Part shown: positions 41,367 through 52,391 of the stretch, one piece after another
How the letters are laid out: each line of letters starts with the position of its first letter
Numbering within the stretch: the first letter of the stretch is position 1
DNA from: Kiritimatiellia bacterium
Lineage (GTDB): Bacteria; Verrucomicrobiota; Kiritimatiellia; RFP12; UBA1067
Assembly: GCA_050949565.1 (NCBI GenBank)
Contig: JBMNFY010000017.1
Location: 1,728,001 to 1,792,000 of the forward strand
Direction: 5' to 3'
DNA: 64,000 nt
Program-made: the position numbers and the translations under genes
The notes under the pieces: generated by a model
Told to the model about the DNA's origin: nothing
The model's input: only the letters and a program-made list of their open reading frames with translations
The model's database searches: none

Positions 41367-44300
41367 ATGAATACGAGACTGGCTGGATTGATGGCTATCT
41401 GTGTGGGTGCGCTGTCGCTTCACGCGCAAACATTGCGCACGGCGGGATCGCTTGCGGTGGACTTGGATGCCGCCACGATTACGGCGGCGGATGGCGACGC
41501 AGTGACTACATGGGCGAACAACGGCACGCTAGGCGCATCGTTTGACGCGCTCGCGGGCACGACCGGTGCGGCGTTCACCAACAACCTGCATGGCCGGAAA
41601 GCGATCCTCTTCGACGGCACCGCGCAGAGCGTGCTGGTCGGTCCGACGGCCCCCTCCTCCTTGACCGGCGGAAGTGTGTGGTCGATTGAGGCATGGGTGT
41701 GGGTTCCGTCGCTGCCGCCCGCGAAATCGGTCTACCTCTCGTGGACTGAGGACGAGACGGTGGGGACCGGCTGGCAGGGTTGGGTTAGGCTGATGATGCG
41801 CTACGATGTCCACGGTGTGCAGATTGATTTTCGCGGCGGTGCGCTGGGTTCGCTTTACGGCACGCCCGCGCCCGGTCACTGGCATCACATTGCCGTGACC
41901 CGGCCGCTCCTGCGATGATACATACCTTTTATGTGGATGGCGCATGCTGCGGCCGGCTCGGACAGAGTAGTGATATCAAGCTGCAGGCAGACAAGCCGCT
42001 GGCGCTTGGCGGCGTGCTGCGGGCCGGAACGATGGCCACCTACACGAACTTCTTTGCGGGCGCGCTCTCGCGGGTGCGCGTCCACACCGGCCCGCTGAGC
42101 GAGGACGACGTGCGCCACAACTACCTGGCCGATGTCCCGTCCTACCGCGCGGGCGAGCTACGCGGTCTGGAACGGCGGCGCCGGCGACTGGAACGATTCC
42201 TGCTTTCTGGCAGGACGGCCGGGTCGGCGCGGGCCTCGACGCGGTGCGCATCCAGAGGCGGCTCGCTGACCGTGACCAATGACGATGTGATCGGCCAGCA
42301 GTCTGGCGATGTTGGATCTGCGTACTGGAACGATCGAGTTGACCACCTCCGCCGCGCGTATCGACAGCCGCACGCCTTTCCTCGTGGGCCGCGAAAGCGG
42401 TCAGGCGGCCGCGATCAACGTGTCGAGCGGCGTGCTCCACGTTGTGTCGAGCGGCAATCCTGCGCATACCTCGACCTCGGCGTGAACGGCGCGCTGTCGA
42501 CGCTGGAAGTGGGCGGCTCGGGTACTGCGGCCACGCTCTACACCGCGCAGCTCCGCGCATTCGCGGAGGGCACCAGCGACATCCGCGTCATGAAAGGCGG
42601 CGTGATCGAAATGGACGCGCTGTTCGCGGACGCGCTGAGCGTCCCCTCGGTGAGCGTGGCGGGCGGCACCTTCCGCAACCGGACGGGCGGCACCATGGGG
42701 TACTTCTTCAATGTGCCGCAGGTGAACGTCTCCACGGACGGCGTGACCTTCGACACCCCCGCCGGAGCTGTCATGGCCGTTTCCGCGCCGCTGCTGCACG
42801 ATGCGTCCGGGCCTGATGCAGGCGGTGGCCTGCGCAAAATCGGGGGCGGGACGCTGGTCCTCAGCGGCACGAACACCTACGCCGGCGCGACCTCGGTCGA
42901 GGCTGGTACCTTGGTGCTTGCGCCCCGGCTGCTGGACGGACTGGTCTACCGGCTGGACACCTCCGCCGACGCGCTCGATACCCTCACGCTCGATGCCTCG
43001 TCCAACGTGCTCGCATGGGCCGATTGCAGCGGCGCGGGCTTTGTCTTCACGACCAACAAAACCACGATATGTCCGGTCTACGACCCCGCGCTCTTCGGCG
43101 GTCGCGGCGGCCTGCGTTTCAGTCGCGATGCCACCTGCTGCCGGCTGGCAACCGACCGGGCGGCCAAGATCCAGACGGTCTTCGCGGTGGTCGCGCCGGC
43201 GGCCGGCAACGACATCGGCGGCCTCTGGGGGCTCTCAGGGGACGATTACGGCATCCGCTTCAACGCGACCTCCGTGCAATACACCGGTAACAACAACGAC
43301 TTCTCCGCCTCTGGCGCGGTCTATACGAACGGAGCATTCGGCAACGGCTTCACCGTTGGTCAGCCGTTTGTACTGACCGCTGTCGCTGATCGCCCTCAGA
43401 CCTGGGTCACGGCGATCGGCGATTACTGGGGCAATCTTGAACACCGGCGCGCCTACCGCGGCGACATCGCCGAGATCCTGACGTACGACCGGCGACTGGA
43501 TGACCGCGAGCGCCAGGAGATCGCGCAGTATCTCATGGCGAAGTGGCTGGGCACGGTGTCGGCACCCGCGCTTTCCGATCAACTCCTGCCGCACGCCAAT
43601 GCGTTGACGGTCGGCGCGGGTGCGTCGGTGGATCTGCACGGATCCTCCGCGACGCTCTCCATGCTCCAAGGTGCCGGCGTGATCGGCAACGGGCAGCCCG
43701 CGACCTCGTTGCTGACGATCGGTGCGGATGATGCCGAATTCGCGTTCGCCGGTTCTATCACTGGTAACGTGGCCGTCAGCAAGATCGGCGCGGGGAACGC
43801 TGTCTTCGCCGGACAGAACACGCTCAGCGGTCCGCTCACGATCGAGGCCGGCACGCTCTCGCTCGCTCCGGCGTCTCGTCGGTCACGGGCTTGGTCTACC
43901 GGCTGGACGCCTCGGAACCTGAGACGCTGACCTTCCTCGCCGACGGCTCGAACGTGACCGCCTGGGCGGATGCCGAGGGCTCCGGCTTTGTGTTCGCGAC
44001 CACCAACGATCTCAACTGCCCGGTCTATGACGCCGCGCTCTTCGGCGGTCGTGGCGGACTCCACTTCGGTCGCGGCGGCGCGCGCGGACGCATGCTCGGT
44101 TCGGGCGTGACCAACGCCCAGACGGTTTTCGTGGTCAACATGATCCGCGACCAAAGCAATAGCGACAGCGGCCTATGGGGCTCGGAAGGGCAGGACAGCG
44201 GACTCCGCATCGGCAACACCACGTGGTACTGGCCCGGCAACAAAGACGATTTCCACTTCCGTGACAACGGCGGACTGGTTGCCGTCAACGGTATTGTCTC

Positions 44301-44976
44301 TAATGCCACGGTGACGGTCGGCCAGATCCATCTCGTCACCTCGGTCAACGGTGCGCGCCAAAGTTTCCGGCCCGCGATCGGCGATTATTGGGGTTCTTCT
44401 CAGTATACGTCCCGCTATTATCGCGGCGACGTGGCCGAGATCTTGGTGTTCGACCGTGTCCTCACCACGTTGGAACGCCAGACCGTCGAGGCTGCGTTAA
44501 TGGCTAAATGGTTCCCGACCGACAGCGGTAGCGTACTGCCGTCGAGCGCGGCGGTTACGGTGCGGGCGGGCGGAACGCTGGACTTGGCCGGCGGCGCGTT
44601 CACCGTAACTTCGCTGGCCGGCGGCGGTTGCGTCTCGAACGGCACACTGACGGTGACCGGAACCGTCGCACCGGATGGCGTGTTGAGTGTCACGGCTGCA
44701 GTGCAGTTTACCGGGACTTTGGAGCTGAATGTCAGGGCGGACGGCACTTGCGACAGTCTGGCGGTGGCAGGTGCGCTGGACCTCTCAGGTCTGACGCTGA
44801 CCCTGAACCTGCCGGCTGAGCCGCCGACCGTCGGGTCGTACACGCTGATCTCCGCTGCGGGCGGGATTCAGGGCACTTTCGAGCAGGCGTCGGTTCCCAA
44901 GCCTTGGGGCTTGATCATGGAACCGACCGCCGTACGTCTCACCTATGCGAGCGGAACGTTCATGTTACTGAAGTGA
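41367..44976 (+). CDS. Large secreted protein with LamG-like domains and autotransporter-associated beta-strand repeats, broken by several frameshifts
   Basis: Signal peptide; WHHIAVT (LamG); GLRKIGGGTLVLSGTNTYAGATSVEAGTL repeats; two LVYRLD domains; C-terminus GTFMLLK. Pieces in ORFs 41367-41918, 41915-43930 and 43891-44976. Confidence 0.75.
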
Positions 44977-45003
44977 TGTTGGCTGGAGATGTAATGGGAG
45001 AAA

Positions 45004-46227
45004 ATGATGAGAGTGAACAGACGGCAATTTATGGAAGGGGCGGCGGCGTTCGGGCTGGCCGCAGGGATGGGCCGGGTGGCCGAAGGGGCAACGCCTACGG
45101 CATTCTCGGATTGGCGCGAGGGCCTGCTCGACATCCATCACATCAGCACGGGGCGGGGCGAATCGACGTTTGTCATCTGTCCAGACGGAACGACCATGCT
45201 GATTGATGCGGGCGACATGAGCGATGGACGCCCGGACGAGACGGTGCTGCCGCGCCTCCCGAACGCGAGCCGGACACCGGGCGAATGGATCGCCGCCTAT
45301 GTGGAACGTTTTTCCCGTCCGTTGAACCACAAAACGCCCCGTTTGGATTACGTGACATTGACTCACTTCCATTCGGACCATATCGGTTGTCGCCAGAACG
45401 AGGTCCGGGAGAAGAACGGTTATGCGCTTTCCGGCATCACGGAGGTCGCGGAGCATGTGGCCATCGGGACGCTCGTTGACCGCGCTTACCCTGATTACGC
45501 GTTTCCTACCCGCGAGGCGGTTGCGGCGAGCAATCCGAAATTCTTCAAGGACTATCTCGCGTTCGTCGAGCACCAGCGGACCAAGCGCGGAACGGTCATG
45601 GAGGCGTTCGACGTGGGCAGCCGCAAACAGTTCGCGTTGAAGCGCGCGCCGGACCGCTTCCCCAGCTTTATCGTGCGCAACATTGCCGCGAACGGCAAGG
45701 TGGGCGAGAAGACAGTTTTCACGCATGAGCAGCGTCCGGACGAGAACATGTGTTGTTCCGTGGTGACACTGTCCTACGGCGCGTTCACCTATTATACGGG
45801 CGGCGACTGCAGTGGTTCGCCTGCCAGACGCGATGTGGAGACACCCATAGGGGAAGCGGTCGGTCGCGTGAATGCCATGAGCTTGAACCATCACGGGTGT
45901 GATGACGGTACGAATGCCGCTATTCTTGCGGCGTTGCGTCCGCAAATCATGGTGATTCCGGTCTGGGACATGTGGCATCCGCAAACGAATGCCTTCACCC
46001 GGATGACAGACAAGACGATTTATCCCGACGACCGGATGATCTTTGCGACAGGGCTACACGAAAAGGCCAAGGCTCGTCTCGGTGAAGCGGCAGCGCTGAT
46101 CCGGCCTCAAGGGCATGTCGTCATCCGCGTGAGCGAAGGCGGCGCACGCTTCCGCGTGTTTGTGCTGGATCCGGGAGACTTTTCCGTGGTCGACGCTACA
46201 GACGAGTTGCACGCATCGAAGAAGTGA
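45004..46227 (+). CDS. Tat-signal metallo-beta-lactamase-fold (ComEC-like) hydrolase
   Basis: VNRRQFMEG signal; MLIDAG, THFHSDHIG, GGD and NHHG motifs. Confidence 0.85.
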   Translation: MMRVNRRQFMEGAAAFGLAAGMGRVAEGATPTAFSDWREGLLDIHHISTGRGESTFVICPDGTTMLIDAGDMSDGRPDETVLPRLPNASRTPGEWIAAYVERFSRPLNHKTPRLDYVTLTHFHSDHIGCRQNEVREKNGYALSGITEVAEHVAIGTLVDRAYPDYAFPTREAVAASNPKFFKDYLAFVEHQRTKRGTVMEAFDVGSRKQFALKRAPDRFPSFIVRNIAANGKVGEKTVFTHEQRPDENMCCSVVTLSYGAFTYYTGGDCSGSPARRDVETPIGEAVGRVNAMSLNHHGCDDGTNAAILAALRPQIMVIPVWDMWHPQTNAFTRMTDKTIYPDDRMIFATGLHEKAKARLGEAAALIRPQGHVVIRVSEGGARFRVFVLDPGDFSVVDATDELHASKK

Positions 46228-46254
46228 GTGGCGAGTAGAGGAGGGGGCCAGGAC

Positions 46255-48516
46255 ATGCGTTTGAAAAGAGCTTGGATGCGATGGATTGCCGCAATTCCCG
46301 TTGCGGTGTGCTGCCTTGACGCGCAAGGTCGGGGCGAGTCGTGGGTGCCCAAACCTCCGCCACCGCCGCCGGTTGAGACGTTGACGAACGCGGCGCGTTA
46401 TATCGAGTGGAAGTGGCGGATGGATGTCACCGACCCGCAGACGGGCGTGAACGCCAAGACGGCCACGGCATCTGTGCGTGAAATGGCGCAACGGCTGGAG
46501 CCGACGGAGCCTTGGTGCTGTGTCAAGGCCAAGCTGTACGCCTATCTGTGCGACAATCTGGCGATCGGTATGTCCGAGCATGATTGGTTCCCGGCCTTTG
46601 CGGTCTGGAACCGGTATGCGCGTCCGGTAAGTCCGGTCGTCGGACGGCGCAACCAGAAGATTTTCGCGCGCTACAATGCGGACGAGCAAGCCCGTATGAA
46701 TGCGGGTAACGCATCCGGCAAGTGGACGTTCTGGAAGGACTTCGACCATTCAGTGCCGGAATGGGAAAAGAATCTCGCCCTCGGCTTTCCCGGCATGGAC
46801 CGTCGCCTACGGGACAACTGGCGTGACGAACCGCGCTATCACGCGGTCTCGGAGGTCTCGCAGGCGACACTGCGGCTGATCGACCGCCTTATCGCCTACG
46901 GCGAGGCGCATGCGAACAAAGACGCTCTGCGGGTGCGGCGTCAAGTCGCGTCTCTGCGCCGCTTGCGCGCCGGTCCGCCGCAGACGGCACACGACGCGAT
47001 GATGTTCATCTACCTGTATTTCTTCTGCAGCGAACATCTCGACGTCATCCAGTGTCGCAGCCTGTCGATCATCGATGTCGTCCTGTGGCCCTACTATCAG
47101 GCCGACCTCGCGGCGGGCCGGACGACTGAGGCCGAGTTCCGCGAGCAGTTCAAGCATTTCCTCTGGCAGTGGGGGTCGATCGATAACTACTGGGGGCAGC
47201 CGGTCACGATGGGCGGCACGAAGGCCGACGGCACAACCGAGTACAATCCGCTCTCTTACATTATCCTTGATGTCATGGACGAATGTGCGCTGCCGACGCC
47301 AAAGTTTCACCTCAAGATCGCGGACAACACGCCGCGGGGGATCTTGCTGAAGGCGCTCGATATGGTGCGCCGTCACCGTCCGATCTCCTTCTGCGGCGAA
47401 GGGCCGATCCGACGCATCCTGACACACTACGGCTACACCGAGGACGAGGCTCGTCGCTTCTATACCAAGGGGTGCTACGAGTTCTGCCCCCCAGAAGGGG
47501 CGAACGGCACGGGGGTCGGTTACGTGAGCCTGGTGAAGCCAATTGAGGAACTGTTGGCGGCGGCAGCGCGTAACGAATTTTCGGCAGAGACCTATGAAGA
47601 TTTCGAAAAGGCCTACTTGCAGGCTGTTGTCGCCAACATGGTGGAGGCGACCGAAATCGCCAAGGCCTTTGAGTGCCATCTCGACGACGTGAATCCGGCG
47701 AACCTGACGACTTTAGCGGTCGAGAATGCCGTCAAGACGGGCAAGGACGCGTTTGCCAACGGTGCTTCGCGCGGCAACAACACGTCGATCCTGACGGTCG
47801 GGCTGGGAACGGCGGTCGATGCGTTGATGGCCGTACGGTCGATCGTTTACGAGCGCCGTGAAATGTCTTTGGTCAAACTGGGCGCGGTCATGCGTGACAA
47901 TTGGGCGGGTCATGAGGAACTCCGGCTGAGGATGCTGCGTTCGAAATGCAAGTGGGGGACGAACGATCCCCTCGCGAATGCGGCGGCGGGACGCATTTCC
48001 AAGGCACTCTCCCGGGCTGTGAATGGCAAGCCGAATTCCCGCGACGGACGGTTTTTCGTCAGCGGGCACTGCGCCCGTCAGTTCGTGCTGCAGGGCGAGC
48101 GTATAGGCGCAACGCCGGATGGCCGCAAGGCCGGGGAGGAGGTTTCCAAGAACCTCTCACCCACCATGGGGGCCGACACGGAGGGCGTCACGGCACTGGT
48201 TCTCTCCTTGGGTTCGCTTGATTCAATCGATTGGCCCGGCGATTTTCCGTTGGATGTGATGATGCTCCCCTACACCGTTTCCGGCGACGAGGGGTTGGAG
48301 GCGATGGCCGTCATTGTCCACGAGTTCTTTAACCGCGGCGGAGCCATGATTCAGTTCAATATCGTCGATGCGGAAGAGCTTTTGGACGCGCAGGCTCATC
48401 CAGAGAAATACGAGAACCTCCAGATTCGCGTATGCGGGTGGAACGTCCGCTGGAACGATTTGTCCAAGTCCGAGCAGGATGCCTATATCCTGCGTGCGCG
48501 TGCGCTGGCATTTTAA
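46255..48516 (+). CDS. Glycyl radical enzyme (PFL family) with signal-peptide-like N-terminus
   Basis: KGCYE Cys loop, GATPDGRKAG, QFNIVD and glycine loop IRVCGW; GAGGAGG RBS. Confidence 0.88.
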   Translation: MRLKRAWMRWIAAIPVAVCCLDAQGRGESWVPKPPPPPPVETLTNAARYIEWKWRMDVTDPQTGVNAKTATASVREMAQRLEPTEPWCCVKAKLYAYLCDNLAIGMSEHDWFPAFAVWNRYARPVSPVVGRRNQKIFARYNADEQARMNAGNASGKWTFWKDFDHSVPEWEKNLALGFPGMDRRLRDNWRDEPRYHAVSEVSQATLRLIDRLIAYGEAHANKDALRVRRQVASLRRLRAGPPQTAHDAMMFIYLYFFCSEHLDVIQCRSLSIIDVVLWPYYQADLAAGRTTEAEFREQFKHFLWQWGSIDNYWGQPVTMGGTKADGTTEYNPLSYIILDVMDECALPTPKFHLKIADNTPRGILLKALDMVRRHRPISFCGEGPIRRILTHYGYTEDEARRFYTKGCYEFCPPEGANGTGVGYVSLVKPIEELLAAAARNEFSAETYEDFEKAYLQAVVANMVEATEIAKAFECHLDDVNPANLTTLAVENAVKTGKDAFANGASRGNNTSILTVGLGTAVDALMAVRSIVYERREMSLVKLGAVMRDNWAGHEELRLRMLRSKCKWGTNDPLANAAAGRISKALSRAVNGKPNSRDGRFFVSGHCARQFVLQGERIGATPDGRKAGEEVSKNLSPTMGADTEGVTALVLSLGSLDSIDWPGDFPLDVMMLPYTVSGDEGLEAMAVIVHEFFNRGGAMIQFNIVDAEELLDAQAHPEKYENLQIRVCGWNVRWNDLSKSEQDAYILRARALAF

Positions 48517-48528
48517 AAGGGGGAAACA

Positions 48529-49371
48529 ATGAATAGACGTGCGTTTTGCATGGGAGCGGGAGTCGTCGCGGCGATGCCGTTCTATTCTTGGGCGAAGGTT
48601 GGCGGACGTCCGATGAAGGTACCGCTGATGCTGGATACGAAGCGGATGTCGATTCATGACGGACCGGGCATCCGCACGACGTTCTTCGTGAAGGGGTGCC
48701 CCTTGAAGTGTATCTGGTGCCATAATCCGGAATCGATCAGCACAAAGCCACAGTGGGCGCGTTTTCAGCATCTTTGCCGGAAATGCCCGAAGGGCTGCAC
48801 GATGGACGAGGCGACATGTCCGACCCGTGCGTTGAAGCACTATGGCACGGAGATGTCAATGGACGAGATAGTTGCCAAGGCACTCGAGGATAAGCCATTT
48901 TACGAGGCGTCGGGCGGAGGCGTGACGCTCTCGGGCGGCGAACCTCTTTTCTTCTGGGAGTGGACGGCCGAGCTTTTTAAACGCCTCAAGGCGGCGGGAC
49001 TCCACACCAGCCTCGACACTTCGCTCTATGCGCCGCCTGCTGCGATTGAGGCCATGCTGCCGGTCGTGGATATGTGGCTTCCCGATTACAAGGCAGACGA
49101 TGATGCGCTGCACCGGAAGTACACGGGCGTCCCGAACAAGCTCATCAAGGCAAATCTCGAAAGCCTCGTTGCGGCGAAGGCCAAGCTTGAGGTGCGCTGC
49201 CTCGTCGTGCCAGGCTGTACGGACGGCGAAGACATCCGATCGCGCCATCGGTACCTGAACTCGATTGGCATCACGGATAATCGCATCGTTGACCTTGAGT
49301 ACCATGATTACGCGCGCTCGAAATACCTCGCGCTTGGGCTTGAGGACACGATGCCCCCCATGTCCAAATGA
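48529..49371 (+). CDS. Glycyl-radical-enzyme activating radical SAM protein with Tat-like signal
   Basis: HDGPGIRTT, GCPLKCIWCHNPE (CxxxCxxC) and GVTLSGGEP motifs; N-terminus MNRRAFCMG. Confidence 0.9.
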   Translation: MNRRAFCMGAGVVAAMPFYSWAKVGGRPMKVPLMLDTKRMSIHDGPGIRTTFFVKGCPLKCIWCHNPESISTKPQWARFQHLCRKCPKGCTMDEATCPTRALKHYGTEMSMDEIVAKALEDKPFYEASGGGVTLSGGEPLFFWEWTAELFKRLKAAGLHTSLDTSLYAPPAAIEAMLPVVDMWLPDYKADDDALHRKYTGVPNKLIKANLESLVAAKAKLEVRCLVVPGCTDGEDIRSRHRYLNSIGITDNRIVDLEYHDYARSKYLALGLEDTMPPMSK

Positions 49372-49394
49372 CCGGTTGCGGACGGAGCCCGCAA

Positions 49395-49565
49395 CCCTCA
49401 CCCCGGCCCTCTCCCAGCGGGAGAGGGTGAAACAACCGAGCGGTGCTTTTACTCTCACGATTGCGAGCCACTGCGTGGTCGCAATAAGAGAGGTTGACTC
49501 GCGACCCACGACTTGCGACTTGCGGCTAGAACCCTACCCTCAGGCAACTAAGGGACAGGTGTTTA
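49395..49565. repeat. REP-like hairpin plus dispersed ~100-bp repeat (inverted copy at ~4522-4615)
   Basis: CCCTCTCCC-AGC-GGGAGAGGG hairpin; CTTTTACTCTCACGATTGCGAGCCAC...GGTCGCAATAAGAGAGGTTGAC shared with the 4.5 kb cluster. Confidence 0.8.
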
Positions 49566-49590
49566 GACGACCCAACGCTGACAGATTGTA

Positions 49591-49619
49591 TTGACATTTC
49601 TAAACCGGCACTTTATAAA
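49591..49619 (+). promoter_or_regulatory. Sigma70 promoter
   Basis: TTGACA-N17-TATAAA, 6 nt before ATG 49626. Confidence 0.65.
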
Positions 49620-49625
49620 TGTCAC

Positions 49626-50801
49626 ATGAAATACCGGAATAGGACACTGGAAGCGGAGGTATTGCGGGCGGTCGCGCACTTTCCCGCTGTGCTGGTGACG
49701 GGGCCTCGGCGCTCCGGAAAAACCACGCTGTTGCGCCATCTGTTCCCCTCTTGCCAGCACGTACTGCTGGAAGATCCGGATGTCGTGGCGCGGGTGCGGG
49801 CTGATCCGCGCTCGTTTCTGGACAGCCTCACGCTTCCTGTCATTCTCGACGAGATGCAGAACACGCCCGAGTTGTTCGCCTACGTGCGCACCCGCATCGA
49901 CCGGCAGCCGGATCGCAAAGGGCTGTGGCTGCTCACCGGCTCGCAGGAGGCTCAGCTGATGCAGGGTGTTACCGAGTCTATGGCGGGGCGCGCGGCGGTC
50001 TTCTCGCTGCTACCGTTCTCTGCCGAGGAAACGCCGGACATGACGTTACGGCTCGGCGGCTTCCCCGAAGTGCAGGCCGCGCCCGAAGTGGCGGACATCT
50101 GGTTCCGCTCGTACGTACAGACCTATCTTGAACGCGATGTACGCGCCGTCGCCTCGATCCGCGACCTCGCGACCTTCCGCCGTTTTATGGCGCTGCTGGC
50201 CAGCCGTTGCGGCCAGATGCTCAACAAGACGGCCCTGGCCGCGCCGCTGGGGGTGAGCGTGCCCACCCTCACCCAATGGCTGAGTATCCTGGAGGTCACC
50301 GGACAGATCATCCTGACGCCGCCCTATTACGAAAATTTCGGCAAGCGGATCGTCAAAACTCCCAAGGTCTATTTCGTGGACTCGGGTTTGGCGGCCGCAT
50401 TGCTGGGAATCCGAAATGACGAGGATCTGGCCGTTTCGCCCTTCCGCGGCCCGCTGTTCGAGGGACTGGTCGCCTCGGAGATCGTCAAGCACCGTTTGAA
50501 CCGGGGACAGGAACGGGGACTGTACATTTTCCGCGACCGCCAAGGGCTGGAGGTCGATTTCGTGGTGGACGAGGGCAACCGCCGCCTGCTGCTGGTCGAA
50601 GCCAAGGCTACCCGCACGCCGATGCCCGACGATGGACGTTCCCTGACGCGTCTGGCAACGGCGATGGGGAACAGCGCCATGACGCGCGCGGTGGTCGTGC
50701 ATGCCGGCACGGCGGATCGTGCCGCGCCCATGCCGCTGTGCCCCGGTGTGCGGGCGGTCGGCTGGCGCGCGTTGCATGCGTTGCTTGATGAGAAAGTCTG
50801 A
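49626..50801 (+). CDS. AAA+ ATPase with DUF4143 domain
   Basis: GPRRSGKTT, ILDEMQ, LTGSQ, GGFPE, KVYFVDSG and EVDFVV...VEAK motifs. Confidence 0.9.
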   Translation: MKYRNRTLEAEVLRAVAHFPAVLVTGPRRSGKTTLLRHLFPSCQHVLLEDPDVVARVRADPRSFLDSLTLPVILDEMQNTPELFAYVRTRIDRQPDRKGLWLLTGSQEAQLMQGVTESMAGRAAVFSLLPFSAEETPDMTLRLGGFPEVQAAPEVADIWFRSYVQTYLERDVRAVASIRDLATFRRFMALLASRCGQMLNKTALAAPLGVSVPTLTQWLSILEVTGQIILTPPYYENFGKRIVKTPKVYFVDSGLAAALLGIRNDEDLAVSPFRGPLFEGLVASEIVKHRLNRGQERGLYIFRDRQGLEVDFVVDEGNRRLLLVEAKATRTPMPDDGRSLTRLATAMGNSAMTRAVVVHAGTADRAAPMPLCPGVRAVGWRALHALLDEKV

Positions 50802-50854
50802 CACCGCCCCTGCGGGGCTGTGACTCCGCGCTCAGCGCGGCACCCCTCACAGTC

Positions 50855-51895
50855 TTAACACCTCATAGCCTGATCGCGGGCTCCGCCCGCGTTGCGTCTT
50901 CGCGTCAGCAGCGGAATCGCACCCAGCATGCTCACGGCCGTGACTAACGCATGGCCCGCTAGGCTGAGCGCGACCAGGTGCGTGTTGTCGAGCCCCAATG
51001 GTCCGGACACCGCCTGCGCCGTCAGTTCACGCACGCCCAGACCGCCGATTGAAATCGGCAGGGCTGAAACCACGCCGAATAGTGGAATCACCATCCACAT
51101 GGTGAGCGACGGAATCGCAAGGCCGAGTGCGCGGATGATGAAGAGGTTGCTCCAGGTCTTGAGCACCTGTGAGGCGAGTGCCGCCAACAGCAGCGGCACC
51201 AGACGACGCGGCGCACCCGCGAACGCGCAGGCCGCGCGGAACAATGCGCGCACAGCATCCCGCCAGCCGGTCTCGTCCGACCCTTCAGACACATCGTGCG
51301 CGGGCACCGCGCACCGTCGCGCTGCCATACTGACGAGCGGCAGCGCCACGAGCACGGCGCCCGCAGCCGTCACAGCCATACCCCATCCATGGCGGTCGAT
51401 CAACAGCGCGAACCCGCCGATGCCGAGCAGCATCGCGAGATTGAGCGCGCGGTCCAATAATAGGCTCATCACCACCACGCGCCACGTCGGCGCGGTGGAG
51501 GTTTCACCGCTCGGGGCGGGCGCACCGTTGCGCATCACGAGATAGCCCTTGACCACATCACCGCCGACATTGGAGGGCAGGAAGCTGTTGAAAAACATGC
51601 CGCTCCAGTGACAGGCCGCCGCATCGCGGAAACGCATCGACGGCAGGCGCGCGCGCAAGATGCAGAACCATGAGGCGGCACCCGCGAATCCGCCCAGTAC
51701 CAGCATCAGCGCGGCGACCAGCAGCGGACCGGGGCGCGCCTGGCGCAGACTGGCGGCGAGCACATCAAGGCGTACCCAGCGCAGACTTACCACAAGCAAC
51801 ACCAATGTGACGGCGACCTTTATCAACAGGGATGAGCGTTTGCGGGCGGCTTCTGCCGCACCAAAGCCCGGTAATCGGTTAGTGACAGGAGTCAT
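50855..51895 (-). CDS. Lysylphosphatidylglycerol synthase TM / flippase-like membrane protein
   Basis: FFNSFLPSNVGGDVVK and LPISIGGLGVRE motifs. Confidence 0.85.
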   Translation of the reverse strand: MTPVTNRLPGFGAAEAARKRSSLLIKVAVTLVLLVVSLRWVRLDVLAASLRQARPGPLLVAALMLVLGGFAGAASWFCILRARLPSMRFRDAAACHWSGMFFNSFLPSNVGGDVVKGYLVMRNGAPAPSGETSTAPTWRVVVMSLLLDRALNLAMLLGIGGFALLIDRHGWGMAVTAAGAVLVALPLVSMAARRCAVPAHDVSEGSDETGWRDAVRALFRAACAFAGAPRRLVPLLLAALASQVLKTWSNLFIIRALGLAIPSLTMWMVIPLFGVVSALPISIGGLGVRELTAQAVSGPLGLDNTHLVALSLAGHALVTAVSMLGAIPLLTRRRNAGGARDQAMRC

Positions 51896-52129
51896 GCGAG
51901 TTGAGTGCGTGTTTTGTGTGTGCGCAGTCGGGAGCGCGGGCGTCCCCGCCCGCAGAAAGTTGAAAGATTTTAACGCAGAGACGCAGAGGCGCAGAGATTT
52001 TTACGGGATGGCGTCGTGACCGCCGCCGAGGGGGGAGGGACGAGCGTCTGCTCGTCCACGGGCAAGCAGACGCTTGCCCCTCCCTGTGCTCCGCGATAGA
52101 ACCTGAAACCATCCTTCCGCACAGCGGAA

Positions 52130-52313
52130 GGCGGCTCGTGGGGACACTCGCCCTCCATTGCTTGCTCCGGCGGCTCGTGGGGACACTCGCCCTCCATTGC
52201 TTGCTCCGGCGGCTCGTGGGGACACTCGCCCTCCATTGCTTGCTCCGGCGGCTCGTGGGGACACTCGCCCTCCATTGCTTGCTCCGGCGGCTCGTGGGGA
52301 CACTCGCCCTCCA
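52130..52313. repeat. 39-bp tandem repeat (4 full units plus a 28-bp core) of a REP-like unit
   Basis: GGCGGCTCGTGGGGACACTCGCCCTCCA-TTGCTTGCTCC at 52130, 52169, 52208, 52247 and 52286; inverted single copy at ~4640-4668. Confidence 0.92.
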
Positions 52314-52391
52314 AATCATGTCAATCATGTCAATCATGTCAAAAATAAATCTGACTCATTCCGGCTAAAAAACCAAGGCTGCACGTCCCTG

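Noticed and set aside
52130-52313. Possible CRISPR array (28-bp repeat x5)
   Set aside because: The spacers are identical 11-mers, no cas genes are present, and the unit is a dispersed REP-like sequence.
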